NCBI GenBank assembly: GCA_963752805.1
Contig: CAVWAA010000010.1
Location: forward strand, 73,450-137,449
Reading direction: 5' to 3'
From: Candidatus Binataceae bacterium
Lineage (GTDB): Bacteria; Desulfobacterota; Binatia; Binatales; Binataceae
DNA length: 64,000 nt
The notes under the pieces are model-generated. The model was not told the DNA's origin. It did no database searches and saw nothing but the letters and a program-made list of their open reading frames with translations. Within the stretch, counting starts at the first letter, position 1. Every line of letters starts with the position of its first letter. Positions 19,241 through 28,162 of this stretch are shown piece by piece. The position numbers and the translations under genes were made by a program.

Positions 19241-19483
19241 TCAGAACGTAGACACCGAAATCGCCGCCGCCAGGACTGCCGCCGCCCCGGCGAACATCGA
19301 CATATCAGTGTGCTGCGTCGGAATCGTCTCGGCCTTGCCATCCTTGATGCATGCGGTAAAGGTCTCAGCCGAAATCACATCCGGATGAATCTTGGTGGTC
19401 CGGCAATCGTTACCGGCAAGGTCGGTGAAGTTCACTTCCTTGACCCGCGCACATCCGGAGGCGCACAACAGCACAAGCAGCAA
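19241..19483 (-). CDS. Putative small lipoprotein
   Basis: If translation starts at TTG 19483 (after GGAGCAATTAAAATC from repeat C2) the product begins MLLVLLCASGCARVKEVNF.. (lipobox-like ASGC). The upstream part of track ORF 19241..19591 is repeat-derived. Confidence 0.35.
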   Translation of the reverse strand: MLLVLLCASGCARVKEVNFTDLAGNDCRTTKIHPDVISAETFTACIKDGKAETIPTQHTDMSMFAGAAAVLAAAISVSTF

Positions 19484-19568
19484 GATTTTAATTGCTCCGC
19501 TGACGCTCCGCTGTGCGCACGTCGCAGACTCCTTTGCTCGCTCCGCGCGGGGACGCGCTCCGCTAGTG
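19484..19568. repeat. C-module copy C2 (short form)
   Basis: gattttaattgctccgctgacgctccgctgtgcgcacgtcgcagactcctttgctcgctccgcgcgg..gctccgctagtg; starts right after the gpI-like stop. Confidence 0.8.
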
Positions 19569-20435
19569 CTAATGCGCAATCGGCACTCCATTTCTTGTCA
19601 GCGGCCCATCGGCCACGTGCGGCTCGTTCTGCCCGTAGGTAATCCCCGCGTGGTAATAACGCAGGTTCCAGTACGGCACGATCGGCTTGGTATCCGCGAT
19701 CGGGAAGAACGGCGCGCTGATAAAGTCGCTTGGCGCCGGTAACAAAAAGTCATGCTGCGTGAAAATATTCGTCAGCCGGTCGCTTATCGGCGGAATCAAG
19801 GTGTCAAACAGCCGCCAGCCGAATTGCACGCTATCCAGCCAGCAGCGCGCCGGCTTCCAGAAATTGCAGATTGCAGCTACCCGCGCGGCCAGCGTGCTCA
19901 ATTCTGTGCCCGGCGGCACCGTCGATAAGTCAATCAGCACCCGGAACACCGCCCATCCTTCGTTCGACGGCCAAGTGGTGCCGCCCCAGCTGTTCTGCCC
20001 CTCCTGCACAATCGCGTTGGGATAGCCGAGCCCAGCCAGCGCGTTCTTCAGTCCTGCCACCGATCCCATCAACGAATGGAGCGCGGTGCTGAGCTGGATC
20101 AGCGTCCGATACTGCGCATAACTCTGCTGCAGAGTGGGCGTCTCCGCCCCCTCGGCCTGATACTGCAACAGGTCGAGATTAATCAGCGTGTCGATTCCGC
20201 TGACCGGGTCCCAGCCCGGAAAGGCGAGCGTGATAATCTGCGACAGCTCGGGCAGCAGCAGGGGATTCAATACGTCCCAGTCCCACGCCATAGGAAGAAC
20301 CGCAGAATCCACCAGCGACGGAATCCGGTAGACCAGGATCGGCGACAGGTCAAGATCGCCGAGCCGTTCGATCAAATCCAGATGCGCCTGCGAGCGCGCA
20401 TCATTGATCGAAGGCTGCATTTGAAGCTCAGCCAT
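19569..20435 (-). CDS. Phage tail protein I (P2 gpI-like)
   Basis: ..SQAHLDLIERLGDLDLSPILVYRIPSLVDSAVLPMAWDWDVL.. is the Tail_P2_I N-terminal pattern. It lies downstream of the gpJ-like gene as in P2 and Mu. Confidence 0.75.
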   Translation of the reverse strand: MAELQMQPSINDARSQAHLDLIERLGDLDLSPILVYRIPSLVDSAVLPMAWDWDVLNPLLLPELSQIITLAFPGWDPVSGIDTLINLDLLQYQAEGAETPTLQQSYAQYRTLIQLSTALHSLMGSVAGLKNALAGLGYPNAIVQEGQNSWGGTTWPSNEGWAVFRVLIDLSTVPPGTELSTLAARVAAICNFWKPARCWLDSVQFGWRLFDTLIPPISDRLTNIFTQHDFLLPAPSDFISAPFFPIADTKPIVPYWNLRYYHAGITYGQNEPHVADGPLTRNGVPIAH

Positions 20436-20443
20436 TATTCCTT

Positions 20444-20490
20444 ATTTGTCACCCTCGCGTGTCTGGCGCGAAGCGTCCCGCGTCTGCGCT
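20444..20490. repeat. R-family element R2 (half)
   Basis: tttgtcaccctcgcgtgtctggcgcgaagcgtcccgcgtctgcgctc; read as the C-terminus of ORF 20449..20730. Confidence 0.7.
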
Positions 20491-20730
20491 CTTCAAGGAC
20501 TCCAATCCCTTCGTGCTTATCTGCCATTTGCCGCGCGCGGAGCCGGCCTCCACCAGCCCTTTGCGTTTGAGCCCCACTAGGCATGCGGTGGTGGCGTCTT
20601 TGGTCGCCGAGCCGCAGACGCGAAACACCTCATCGACCGTGCAATCCGGATCGCCACCACTCGACTGCGACTCAGCGAGGTAGCGCAAAATCCGCGTTGC
20701 AACCCGCCGCCCGCCCCATTGGCTTGCCAT
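20449..20730 (-). CDS. Small winged-helix-like protein inserted between gpJ and gpI
   Basis: 93 aa. ..RILRYLAESQSSGGDPDCTVDEVFRVCGSATKDATTACLVGLKRKGLVEAG..WQISTKG resembles a wHTH. The last ~12 codons are read from repeat R2. Confidence 0.45.
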   Translation of the reverse strand: MASQWGGRRVATRILRYLAESQSSGGDPDCTVDEVFRVCGSATKDATTACLVGLKRKGLVEAGSARGKWQISTKGLESLKSADAGRFAPDTRG

Positions 20731-20744
20731 TACTTACACTCTGA

Positions 20745-20796
20745 AGTGGCACCGGCTTTAGCCGGTGGTCTTTCAAGAGAAGAAGCCTGTGCCACT
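20745..20796. repeat. Twin-hairpin element H3 (right arm truncated)
   Basis: agtggcaccggctttagccggtg..agcctgtgccact. Confidence 0.8.
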
Positions 20797-22166
20797 CAAG
20801 AGTGCTCCGTCCCAATCAGCTGCGTTAGTGTAATCGCCGTGCAATTCGCCCATTGACCGGCAGTCAACTGAGTATAACTCGGCTGTGTCAATTGTACTCT
20901 ATACACCCCCGGCACTGAACCTATCGCCGCGATAATCTCCTCCGGCACGATGTCTCTTTGAATCCTATTCGCTATGTTCTGCGCGAATTGACCCGCCGCG
21001 GTGTTCGCCGCCGACATCGTCACCCCCGGATCGGCATCAGAGTAAAGTGTCACCGTGCCGACGATCGTGTAATTTACTTCGGTCACCGCGAGCGCATTTA
21101 CGGTGTCGGTCAGCGGCCGAATCGCATCCGAATTGACGATCGCAGCCACCTTGCCGAGAATCACGCTCGACGCCACTCCCGACGTATTCGGCGAGACCGC
21201 CGGCTGCGTCACCGGGCCCATCAGCACGTACACGTTCACCGTCCCCGGCACCGGAGTCGTCACCAGCACGTCCACGATTCCAGGGTCGGCCGACAAGGCC
21301 CAGAAGCGGTAGGCGCCCACCGGCCCGGCCACGCTGAAGCGGTTTGGCGCCGCCTGAATCCGGTCCCGCAGATGGGCATCGGTCTCGATATTGCCTCCGC
21401 CGCTGGTGACGGTGGTATTAGTCACTGCGCTAATCAGCGTGTTCGGATTGAGCTGCACACTCACCTGGCCGACCGCGTAATTGTTTGCCGCCGCGCCGGG
21501 AGTGGTGCAGACCGCGCTTGCCACGCCGACTGTTGCTCCTGCCGGAATAATCAGATCCTGCAGCAGCGCGAACGTAAACACGCCGTCCTGGGTGCCAACC
21601 AGGGTCGCCGATGGAATATCGAAATCGAACGGCTGGGCTGCTGCCAGCGTGAATTGCAGCGTGCAGCTTGCCCCCTGCGCCGGCAGCCGCGTCACCCCCA
21701 GCAACTGCCCCAGATAGTCGAGCATGGGATAGGCCGCGAACGCCACGAGGCACTGCATGGCCGCGTACTGGATCGCATTGCGGACTAAGGATTCGCGGTA
21801 GGCATAGAGGTCGATCAGCAACCGCTCGACTTGCGCCGGATAGAGCGTGCGGCCCGCGAGAGATTGGAAGGACGCGATCATGTCATTGAGTATCAGGTTA
21901 GGGTCGAGTCCATCCGCGTCGTTGACAAAATTCGGTATGGGAAGCGAGACAATGCCGGTCGGCAGCGACACCACTTCGAGCACCGCCACGCAGGTCCAGC
22001 CGCCGGTGCCGTCGGCCGTGAACGCACCCAGCACGCTGCCCCAATTCGGTGGAATCGCCCCGGTAGAACCGGGCGTGCTGCTCCACTGCTGCACATTGGA
22101 GTTAGGGTCAATGATGACCTTCCCCGCAGCAACGGGCGCATTCGGCGACCAGGCAGGATTAGGCAT
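20796..22166 (-). CDS. Baseplate protein J (gpJ-like) with an N-terminal repeat-motif extension
   Basis: ..DAHLRDRIQAAPNRFSVAGPVGAYRFWALSADPGIVDVLV.. is the Baseplate_J core. The N-terminal ~65 aa (GKVIIDPNSNVQQWSSTPGSTGAIPPNWGSVLGAFTADGTGGWTCVA) carry the same motif as the sheath insertion. Confidence 0.85.
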   Translation of the reverse strand: MPNPAWSPNAPVAAGKVIIDPNSNVQQWSSTPGSTGAIPPNWGSVLGAFTADGTGGWTCVAVLEVVSLPTGIVSLPIPNFVNDADGLDPNLILNDMIASFQSLAGRTLYPAQVERLLIDLYAYRESLVRNAIQYAAMQCLVAFAAYPMLDYLGQLLGVTRLPAQGASCTLQFTLAAAQPFDFDIPSATLVGTQDGVFTFALLQDLIIPAGATVGVASAVCTTPGAAANNYAVGQVSVQLNPNTLISAVTNTTVTSGGGNIETDAHLRDRIQAAPNRFSVAGPVGAYRFWALSADPGIVDVLVTTPVPGTVNVYVLMGPVTQPAVSPNTSGVASSVILGKVAAIVNSDAIRPLTDTVNALAVTEVNYTIVGTVTLYSDADPGVTMSAANTAAGQFAQNIANRIQRDIVPEEIIAAIGSVPGVYRVQLTQPSYTQLTAGQWANCTAITLTQLIGTEHS

Positions 22167-22174
22167 TGCTCCGC

Positions 22175-22239
22175 AGTGGCACAGGCTTTAGCCTGTGGCC
22201 TTTCCGGGCAGCAGAACACAGGCTAAAGCCTGTGCCACT
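22175..22239. repeat. Twin-hairpin element H4
   Basis: agtggcacaggctttagcctgtg..cacaggctaaagcctgtgccact. Confidence 0.9.
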
Positions 22240-22253
22240 GAAGTCACTGCTCC

Positions 22254-23726
22254 TCATTCAAACCATCCCTCGACCGCTACGCCTGGCGTTGTCGTACCCA
22301 CTCCGCTGCCTGTATAGGCGCCGATATTCGTGTTGCCCGTCACCAGGCCGCTGAGTCCCGCGTTAATCAGAGCGCTGCCAGCGAGGAAATCGAATACCCC
22401 GGTGCTGGTGGATACGTACTGCGGATTGACCGCATTCTTGTCGTGTGCGGCGAGAGTGGTGGATCCCGCGCATCCGAGGTAACCTTGGTTGCCCTGCACT
22501 CCGCCGATATCGTTGTAATCCTCGGTGCATGACGTATAGCCGCCGTCATTCGCGATTGTCACTGTGCCATTGCCGCCTGATGCGCCGCCGTCGAAGATAT
22601 TATTGCGCAGGTCGAGCGTCGATCCGCTGTAGGTCCCCACGTTCGCCCCGTTGCAGGTGATGCCTCCGTACGATCCTCCCGCCGCGGTGCTCGCGTTGTT
22701 GTTATTCATGTAGAAAGTATTGTTGTAGACCTTATAGGCATTGGCTACCGTGTGGCCGCTGGCGACTCCACCCGGACAAATCTGCATCGCGACGTTGATG
22801 TCGTATCCGATGTTCTGCTGAAACGTGATTGTGCTGTGAGGGGAGAAGACATTCTCAGTGTAATAGCAGGGAGAGACTGAACTGCCCGAGCCGCCAGAGG
22901 TTCCCAACAATCCGAGCGAAGCGCCACCGTCGCAGATGTTGTTCGCGACCAGCGCAGGCGTCGCTGTGGCGCCGTCCCCCTTCACGTCGATATTGCCGTG
23001 GACGCCGCCCGGCCCGACGATATTGCCCTGCACCACCACGGCGCCGGTATCGTGATGCACTTCGAGCAGATTATGGCCCCCGCCCCATTTCACGATATTG
23101 TTGAGAAACTGCACGCCGTCGGCGCCCTGGCCGGAATCCTCGAAGTCCAGTTGATTGGCGTAAGTGTAGACCGTATCTGTGCCCAGACAGGCCGTGCTCG
23201 AGGTTGAGCATCCCACTCCGGTATTGTGGATATAGCTATTCGATACCGTGATGCCGGGCATGGTTCCGCCGCTGGTCTGAAACGTCACCCCCATCTGCTT
23301 GGCGTGTTCGCATTCGAGCTGGTCTATCGTGACGTAGCTGACCGTGGTGCCGATCGCGTCGACGCAGTACTGCGTCGTGTTGTTTTCGTCGAGAATCCAG
23401 CGGCCCGTTCCGAATCCTGAGCATGACGTGAACACGATCGGCGATCCCGACGATCCGGTAACGCCCGCCAGGTCCAACTGCGCGCTGGCGGTTCCGCTCC
23501 CGCCAGTCGATTGCCAGGTATCGCCGCCGCGCATGCAGACCGTCTCGCCCGCCGTAAATCCGGTCTCGACGCTACGCACCTTGTTGATCGTTGCCCAAGG
23601 AGCCGCAAGCGTTCCGGTCCCCGTGCTGTCATTGCCGGTTGAGGACGAGACGTAGACCGTGGTGAGCGCATGCGCGGGAGATGCGCACAGCATCATCGCC
23701 AGGCCGAGCAGAAGCGCACACCTAAT
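22254..23726 (-). CDS. Secreted right-handed beta-helix protein (pectate-lyase-fold-like), start codon uncertain
   Basis: ..ALLLGLAMMLCASPAHA/LTTVYVSSSTGNDSTGTGTLAAPWATINKV.. (signal peptide then a beta-helix-type N-cap) and many G/N-rich turns. At the position where the paralogous context at 32535 has ATG, this gene has ATT (23726). The track ORF start at 23858 lies in a non-coding conserved leader. Confidence 0.6.
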   Translation of the reverse strand: MRCALLLGLAMMLCASPAHALTTVYVSSSTGNDSTGTGTLAAPWATINKVRSVETGFTAGETVCMRGGDTWQSTGGSGTASAQLDLAGVTGSSGSPIVFTSCSGFGTGRWILDENNTTQYCVDAIGTTVSYVTIDQLECEHAKQMGVTFQTSGGTMPGITVSNSYIHNTGVGCSTSSTACLGTDTVYTYANQLDFEDSGQGADGVQFLNNIVKWGGGHNLLEVHHDTGAVVVQGNIVGPGGVHGNIDVKGDGATATPALVANNICDGGASLGLLGTSGGSGSSVSPCYYTENVFSPHSTITFQQNIGYDINVAMQICPGGVASGHTVANAYKVYNNTFYMNNNNASTAAGGSYGGITCNGANVGTYSGSTLDLRNNIFDGGASGGNGTVTIANDGGYTSCTEDYNDIGGVQGNQGYLGCAGSTTLAAHDKNAVNPQYVSTSTGVFDFLAGSALINAGLSGLVTGNTNIGAYTGSGVGTTTPGVAVEGWFE

Positions 23727-23929
23727 GCCTCTCCCCGACGGGAGAGGTCGGCGCGAAGCGCCGGATGAGGGACCTTCAGAAAATGTCTGATGCGCAGGGC
23801 GATTAGATAATAATACCTTTACTAATCCCCCTAGCTGATATATCCCTTCCAAAGTCACTCCGGTCTCCCTGTCGGCCCCTCACCCGCGCTGGCTTCGCCT
23901 GCGCGACCTCTCCCGTCGGGGAGAGGTAT
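23724..23929. mobile_element. G-type TIR element G2 (carries conserved leader copy 1)
   Basis: Left aatgcctctccccgacgggagaggtcggcgcgaagcgccggatgagggacc; right cctcacccgcgctggcttcgcctgcgcgacctctcccgtcggggagaggtatt. Fills the gap between the gpW stop and the beta-helix gene. Confidence 0.8.
23775..23848 (-). promoter_or_regulatory. Conserved ~75-nt leader, copy 1 (upstream of the beta-helix signal-peptide gene)
   Basis: ttcagaaaatgtctgatgcgcagggcgattagataataatacctttactaatccccctagctgatatatccctt. Near-identical to 32579-32653. Lies inside G-type element G2. Confidence 0.5.
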
Positions 23930-24391
23930 TTAGGCCAAACTCCTCGGCACCGTGATCGTCAATTGTTGATTACCCACTCCGCTCACGTCGATCTTCAATT
24001 GCCAGACTATCGTGATAAGCAAATTGGCCCGCGTTCCCCCGACCAGGTTGACGACGACGCTCAACACCCGGACTCTCGGCTCCCACTTCGTTATCCCCTC
24101 GACGATCTCCCGGACCAGCGCCGGACGCGCGACCGTAATCGGCGCATCGATCAATTGCCACAGATCGCAGGCGAACGTCGGCCGTAGCGGGTCGCTCCCT
24201 TTCGGCGTCGAGAGGATAATTCCGATGCACTGGTTGATATCCGCTATCCCTTGCACCACGAGTCCAAGTCCCGCGCCAGGCAGTATGGCGGAATTAATTC
24301 CGCCCTCCCCGGCACCGACGACCGAAGTGTCGAGGCACAGCGACCAATCCGCCGAGGTGATATCGTCAAGTGTAATCGCCCCCGCACTCAT
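23930..24391 (-). CDS. Baseplate protein W (gp25/GPW family) carrying an in-frame palindrome-element insertion
   Basis: ..INQCIGIILSTPKGSDPLRPTFACDLWQLIDAPITVARPALVREIVEGITKWEPRVRV.. is the GPW_gp25 pattern. Residues GEGGINSAILPG are encoded by GGCGGAATTAATTCCGCC (24287-24304). Confidence 0.8.
   Translation of the reverse strand: MSAGAITLDDITSADWSLCLDTSVVGAGEGGINSAILPGAGLGLVVQGIADINQCIGIILSTPKGSDPLRPTFACDLWQLIDAPITVARPALVREIVEGITKWEPRVRVLSVVVNLVGGTRANLLITIVWQLKIDVSGVGNQQLTITVPRSLA
24287..24304. repeat. Palindrome element P1 (variant GGCGGAATTAATTCCGCC), in frame inside gpW
   Basis: Encodes GGINSA within GEGGINSAILPG of ORF 23930..24391. Confidence 0.6.
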
Positions 24392-24405
24392 TTTTAAGAT
24401 TCCTA

Positions 24406-24470
24406 AGTGGCACAGGCTTCAGCCTGTGTTCTTTCTCTTTCAAAGACCGCCGGCTAAAGCCGGGGCCACC
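24406..24470. repeat. Twin-hairpin element H5
   Basis: agtggcacaggcttcagcctgtg..cgccggctaaagccggggccac. Confidence 0.85.
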
Positions 24471-24472
24471 TT

Positions 24473-24781
24473 TCAATCCGCCGCTACCACATCAAAGATA
24501 AACTCACTGCTGTATACCGGCCCTACCGGCCCCGGAAATATCACCGCAACCATTCCATGCCATCGCCCAATCGCGAACTCTCCCGCGATGACTGAATATT
24601 CCCATTCAATAGTCACTGCATTCCAGACGAGCGCCCGCGTGTAGAGAATGCCGTCCTGGTCACGCAGGCAGAGGGTCGCCATGGCGCCGGTGAAGGTGTT
24701 GGCGTTGCCACTCTGCTGTAACAGCGGAAATCCCAGCACTTTGCCGTTATCGGCGGTCGTTATGGTGTAGTACCCCACCAT
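24473..24781 (-). CDS. Hypothetical protein (about 102 aa)
   Basis: ATG 24781 (MVGYYTITTADNGK..) follows CACTAGGAAAAGCAGGC from twin-hairpin copy H6. No family recognised. Confidence 0.4.
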   Translation of the reverse strand: MVGYYTITTADNGKVLGFPLLQQSGNANTFTGAMATLCLRDQDGILYTRALVWNAVTIEWEYSVIAGEFAIGRWHGMVAVIFPGPVGPVYSSEFIFDVVAAD

Positions 24782-24794
24782 GCCTGCTTTTCCT

Positions 24795-24857
24795 AGTGGC
24801 ACAGGCTTTAGCCTGTGTTCTTCTCTTTAACGACCACCGGCTAAAGCCGGTGCCACT
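24795..24857. repeat. Twin-hairpin element H6
   Basis: agtggcacaggctttagcctgtg..caccggctaaagccggtgccact. Confidence 0.9.
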
Positions 24858-24865
24858 TCAGAGTG

Positions 24866-25826
24866 CTAGCCCAGTCTCGCGTCGAACGTAATCACCTGGC
24901 CAAGCCGCGCATCGAATCGAATCGCCAGGTCGAGCATCGCTGCTGTGAATATCACTCGCGGCGCGCCCGGCGACGGAACCGGCGGCGCCAATGACGCCCC
25001 GAGCCCCAGCTCAATCTGCCCGAGCTGCGAAATCTGAATGCCTAATTGGCCGGTAAAAGTCATCTCAATCGTCGCAGACGGTGCGTAAATATCCCGGTTC
25101 GCCAGCGGCAGGCGTATGCTGAGCGACTCCGCTGACATTCACATTCCCGGCATTTCCCCCTGCGTTTCCAGCGGAGCCTCCAACCGCCTGAGTCGCGGTC
25201 GCCGATCCGGCGATCCCATTAGTCCCAGTTTCATTTATTCGTATTGAGATACCGCTGCCGAGATTGCCGGCAACGGATGTCCCGCCAGCTGGGGCGCCTG
25301 GAGCGCTCGTGCATGCACCATTATTCGTTCCGCCGCCAATGCCGTGATGCTCGGTTAGCAGCACGCCATTAATTGTGATGGTGCTGTCTCCACCGTTCCC
25401 CCCCGCGACTGGAGTGGTCGGGTCGTTAGTTCCTGCGGCGCCAGCAGCGCCCAGTGCGTAGGTAAGAGTACCGGAGGGGTTTTTGATCTCCACTTCCGAG
25501 CAGGCCCCGGCTGAGCCGCTAGCCGCCGTGCATGCCGTTGTCGCTCCAGTGAGCTGCCCTCCTCCACCTCCCCCACCTGCGCAAATTCGGAGCATCAGGT
25601 TGATGCAAGTCGTTGGAACCGTATAGGTTGTTCCGGTCGTTAAATATTGCGTATCGGGCTCGATACGTGGCACGTAGGCCGCATAACTCCAATAGCCCAC
25701 CGCGATAGCGATCGCAGCCGAGAGGACTGATCTCCACGTTTTTGAACGCACCTCCAATAGGCCCTTGCGGGCCGTTCGGCAGACTCGTTTGCTCGGCTCC
25801 GCTTCGCTCCGCCTGGTGGTGTTCAC
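24866..25826 (-). pseudogene. Membrane-anchored glycine-rich fibre-like protein (frameshift near 25130)
   Basis: ..SVLSAAIAIAVGYWSYAAYV (TM) ..TTGTTYTVPTTCINLMLRICAGGGGGGG.. is the T.T.P / poly-G pattern of glycine-rich prophage fibre-region proteins. It continues in another frame as track ORF 24866..25138. The 5' ~25 codons derive from repeat C3. Confidence 0.4.
25748..25818. repeat. C-module copy C3 (truncated)
   Basis: cgcacctccaataggcccttgcgggccgttcggcagactcgtttgctcggctccgcttcgctccgcctggtg. Confidence 0.75.
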
Positions 25827-25910
25827 TGCTCACTTGGGAGATGGATTCGGCCATCCTGGCTGCGTTCGCGATTTCGCCGGGCTCGGAGCAGGGCTCGGAG
25901 TCGCGGCAGG

Positions 25911-25940
25911 TGAGGACGGAATTAATTCCGTCCTACTCAT
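25911..25940. repeat. Palindrome element P2
   Basis: tgaggacggaattaattccgtcctactcat; core GACGGAATTAATTCCGTC at 25915-25932. Confidence 0.85.
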
Positions 25941-26200
25941 TTGCTGATGCGACCCATTGTTGACCGCATCGCTGCTGCCGATCTGTTTCTGCAAGTCAGC
26001 GAGCTGCTTGCCGAGTTCCTGGATCTGCTTCTTCAGCTCGTCGCGCTGGATCACCAGGGCTGCGTCCTGCTGCTCATACTGGTCGCGCTCGTCATGCAGC
26101 ATGCTCGCGTATTGAGTCTCGCCCTGGAGATTCTTCTTGCATTGCTCTCCCTGCGATAAAGCCAATGCTGCCGCGCCGACTCCCGCTCGTGCGATGCCAC

Positions 26201-26229
26201 AGGAGGACGGAATTAATTCCGTCATACCG
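26201..26229. repeat. Palindrome element P3
   Basis: aggaggacggaattaattccgtcataccg; core 26206-26223. Confidence 0.9.
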
Positions 26230-26253
26230 ACGGCACAGAGAACGACAAGGCCA

Positions 26254-26282
26254 AGGAGGACGGAATTAATTCCGTCATACCC
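26254..26282. repeat. Palindrome element P4
   Basis: aggaggacggaattaattccgtcatacccc; core 26259-26276; 53 nt from P3. Confidence 0.9.
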
Positions 26283-26510
26283 CCTCTTAATCTCCCCCTG
26301 GTCAGGGGGAGATATTGGAGCCACAGCATCCTCGTAGGGGTCGCCCGGATCGAATGCCTTCGCCGCCTCTGGGTCACACTCGCATTTGCACCACGTCTGC
26401 AGTCCGCAATCCCAGTGTTGCCCGCGTTCACAAGCAGAACACATCTCCATGTGCTTCCTCGTAAAACCTCCCCCCCGACCAGGGGGAGGGTAGGTGAAGG
26501 TTTTCTCTGA

Positions 26511-27248
26511 TTATAGTTCTGCCCATTTTCCGGTCGCAAAATCGACGAAGCCGAGTTCTTCGTACTGGATTGAAATGTTCACCGCCGCGTTCACCCCGTC
26601 GAAGGTATCTGTCGTGTGCGGGGTTGCCGCCACCGAGAACGCGCCCGTGTCCTGCTTCTTTACCAGGATAACGCGGGTAGTGCCGGTCGCTGCGGGAAAG
26701 TTGACAACGCAATTTGCTGTCAATGTGGTGGAACCAACTAAGAGGAATACGTCAGTTGACAGAACTGTATAGGGACAGGACGCTTGGGGAACCTGAGTCA
26801 CCGTGTAGAACCCGCCAGTCCCGGTAACTGTCAGGCTGAGAGTTCCCGCGCCTGTGGACCACGAACAGCCGGTGCAGCCCACGGTCGCCGGAGCCGGATC
26901 GGCGCCAGTCGAGCCGACCAGCAACTGGCCGTTGGTCATCACCGCGGTTGATACCATCGAGCTGGTGCCTTCACCCAGGATGACTCCATGCGCGGTGTAC
27001 GTGGTCGGCGTATATGGACCAATCAGCGAGAGCGTGACGGCTCCGGTGCTGCCCGACACGTTGACCTGGTTCGCGGTCCCGGCGAGCGAGGTCACGCCCG
27101 AGTTAGCGATCACTCGCGAGGTGGCGCCGGCGGTAGTTGTGATCGTAATGCCAGTGCCTGCGGTGTAGATCGTGTTTGCGGCCCATGCCGGCGCGCAAAG
27201 CAGCATCGCCAGCAGTCCCGCAAGCATGCGCAGTTTAGTGTGTTTCAT
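26511..27248 (-). CDS. Secreted protein with a fibre-type C-terminal knob domain
   Basis: MKHTKLRMLAGLLAMLLCAPAWA/ANTIY (signal peptide). The C-terminus SCPYTVLSTDVFLLVGSTT..VNFPAATGTTRVILVKKQDTGAFSVAATPHTTDTFDGVNAAVNISIQYEELGFVDFATGKWAEL is paralogous to the end of 27308..27907. Own SD GAAGGAGAGTAGGAG. Confidence 0.6.
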   Translation of the reverse strand: MKHTKLRMLAGLLAMLLCAPAWAANTIYTAGTGITITTTAGATSRVIANSGVTSLAGTANQVNVSGSTGAVTLSLIGPYTPTTYTAHGVILGEGTSSMVSTAVMTNGQLLVGSTGADPAPATVGCTGCSWSTGAGTLSLTVTGTGGFYTVTQVPQASCPYTVLSTDVFLLVGSTTLTANCVVNFPAATGTTRVILVKKQDTGAFSVAATPHTTDTFDGVNAAVNISIQYEELGFVDFATGKWAEL

Positions 27249-27280
27249 GGACTCCTACTCTCCTTCTGTTATTCTCTCGC

Positions 27281-27309
27281 GGTATGACGGAATTAATTCC
27301 GTCCTCCTC
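27281..27309. repeat. Palindrome element P5
   Basis: ggtatgacggaattaattccgtcctcctc; core 27286-27303. The TGA stop of ORF 27308..27907 overlaps its edge. Confidence 0.9.
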
Positions 27310-27907
27310 ATGCAACGACCCACTGGCCCGGACTGTCGTAGACAAACCACACACTCTCATACGCGATATCGACGTTATAGTTCGCATTGGCCCCGTTGAT
27401 CGTATCGACCCCGTGTGGAGTGACTATCACGTGCTGGGCGAAGCCGTCCGACGCCCGCATTATCACGATCGGCTCAATTCGCGTTCCATCGGCTGGCGGC
27501 AGCAACACAATCGTGGGCGCGCTCGCTCCCGCCGCCACTACCAGGAAGTTGTCGTCGGCATCGACGGTATAAGGTGAATTGGCGAAGGTCACGGAGACTG
27601 CCGGCCCCAGCGTCAACAAGGCCGCGATATCCTGCTGGAACTGCCGCAGAGCGCCGGCTGTGAGTACAGCGGTGACAGTTGCCCCGCTGCGGTGAGCACT
27701 GGCGCTAGTCCCTTCGGCGCCGCGCGTGAGGGAGGAGAACGAATTACCCGACACCGCGCCCGCAATGATTATCTCGCTGTCAATCAGCACTCGAAATGTC
27801 CCGCTAGCAGGGAACGCCGCCGCACTGGTCACCGTTAGAAACGCATCTCCGGCGAGCATCTCCGCCGAGAGCGTCGTTTGAGCATTATTGGCGAACTGCT
27901 CACTCAT
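27308..27907 (-). CDS. Tail-fibre-like protein (no signal peptide) with the same C-terminal knob
   Basis: MSEQFANNAQTTLSAEMLAGDAFLTVTSAAAFPASGTFRVLIDSEIIIAGAVSGNSFSSLTRGAEGTSASAHRSGA (common prophage fibre N-domain) ..NSPYTVDADDNFLVVAAGASAPTIVLLPPADGTRIEPIVIMRASDGFAQHVIVTPHGVDTINGANANYNVDIAYESVWFVYDSPGQWVVA. Confidence 0.55.
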   Translation of the reverse strand: MSEQFANNAQTTLSAEMLAGDAFLTVTSAAAFPASGTFRVLIDSEIIIAGAVSGNSFSSLTRGAEGTSASAHRSGATVTAVLTAGALRQFQQDIAALLTLGPAVSVTFANSPYTVDADDNFLVVAAGASAPTIVLLPPADGTRIEPIVIMRASDGFAQHVIVTPHGVDTINGANANYNVDIAYESVWFVYDSPGQWVVA

Positions 27908-27910
27908 GCT

Positions 27911-27940
27911 GAGGAGGACGGAATTAATTCCGTCATACCC
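27911..27940. repeat. Palindrome element P6
   Basis: gaggaggacggaattaattccgtcataccc; core 27917-27934; 4 nt upstream of the ATG at 27907. Confidence 0.9.
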
Positions 27941-27947
27941 TTTTGTT

Positions 27948-28116
27948 TGTCACCCCGAGCGAAGTCGAGGGGTCGACGCGCAGCGATTCAGTGCTCGATG
28001 CACGCTTGCGCGCCGATCGGTTTGAACCAGCAGGCTGCCTGTTCAAATTGTTTGGCGACCAACCTGGCGGCATTGCCGCGCTCCGCGTTGTTTCCTCGGC
28101 TGCGCTCGGAATGACA
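27948..28116. mobile_element. MITE-like element M2
   Basis: tgtcaccccgagcgaagtcgaggggtcgacgcgcagcgattcagtgctcgatg..ggtttgaaccagcaggctgcctgttcaaattg..cctcggctgcgctcggaatgaca. Confidence 0.85.
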
Positions 28117-28162
28117 AAACCAAAGCCGGAAGGTAGGGTGGGGGTCGTCGTCTGCATCTTTC

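Larger units (their letters stand above)
25830..26450 (-). other. Composite ORF: small Cys-rich ORF, three palindrome elements and a coiled-coil segment read through as one frame
   Basis: MEMCSACERGQHWDCGLQTWCKCECDPEAAKAF.. (26450 to about 26310) is followed by YDGINSVLL / MTELIPSS / TELIPSS peptides encoded by P copies at 26254, 26201 and 25911, around ..QGEQCKKNLQGETQYASMLHDERDQYEQQDAALVIQRDELKKQIQELGKQLADLQKQ. It is probably two small genes fused by repeats. Confidence 0.3.
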
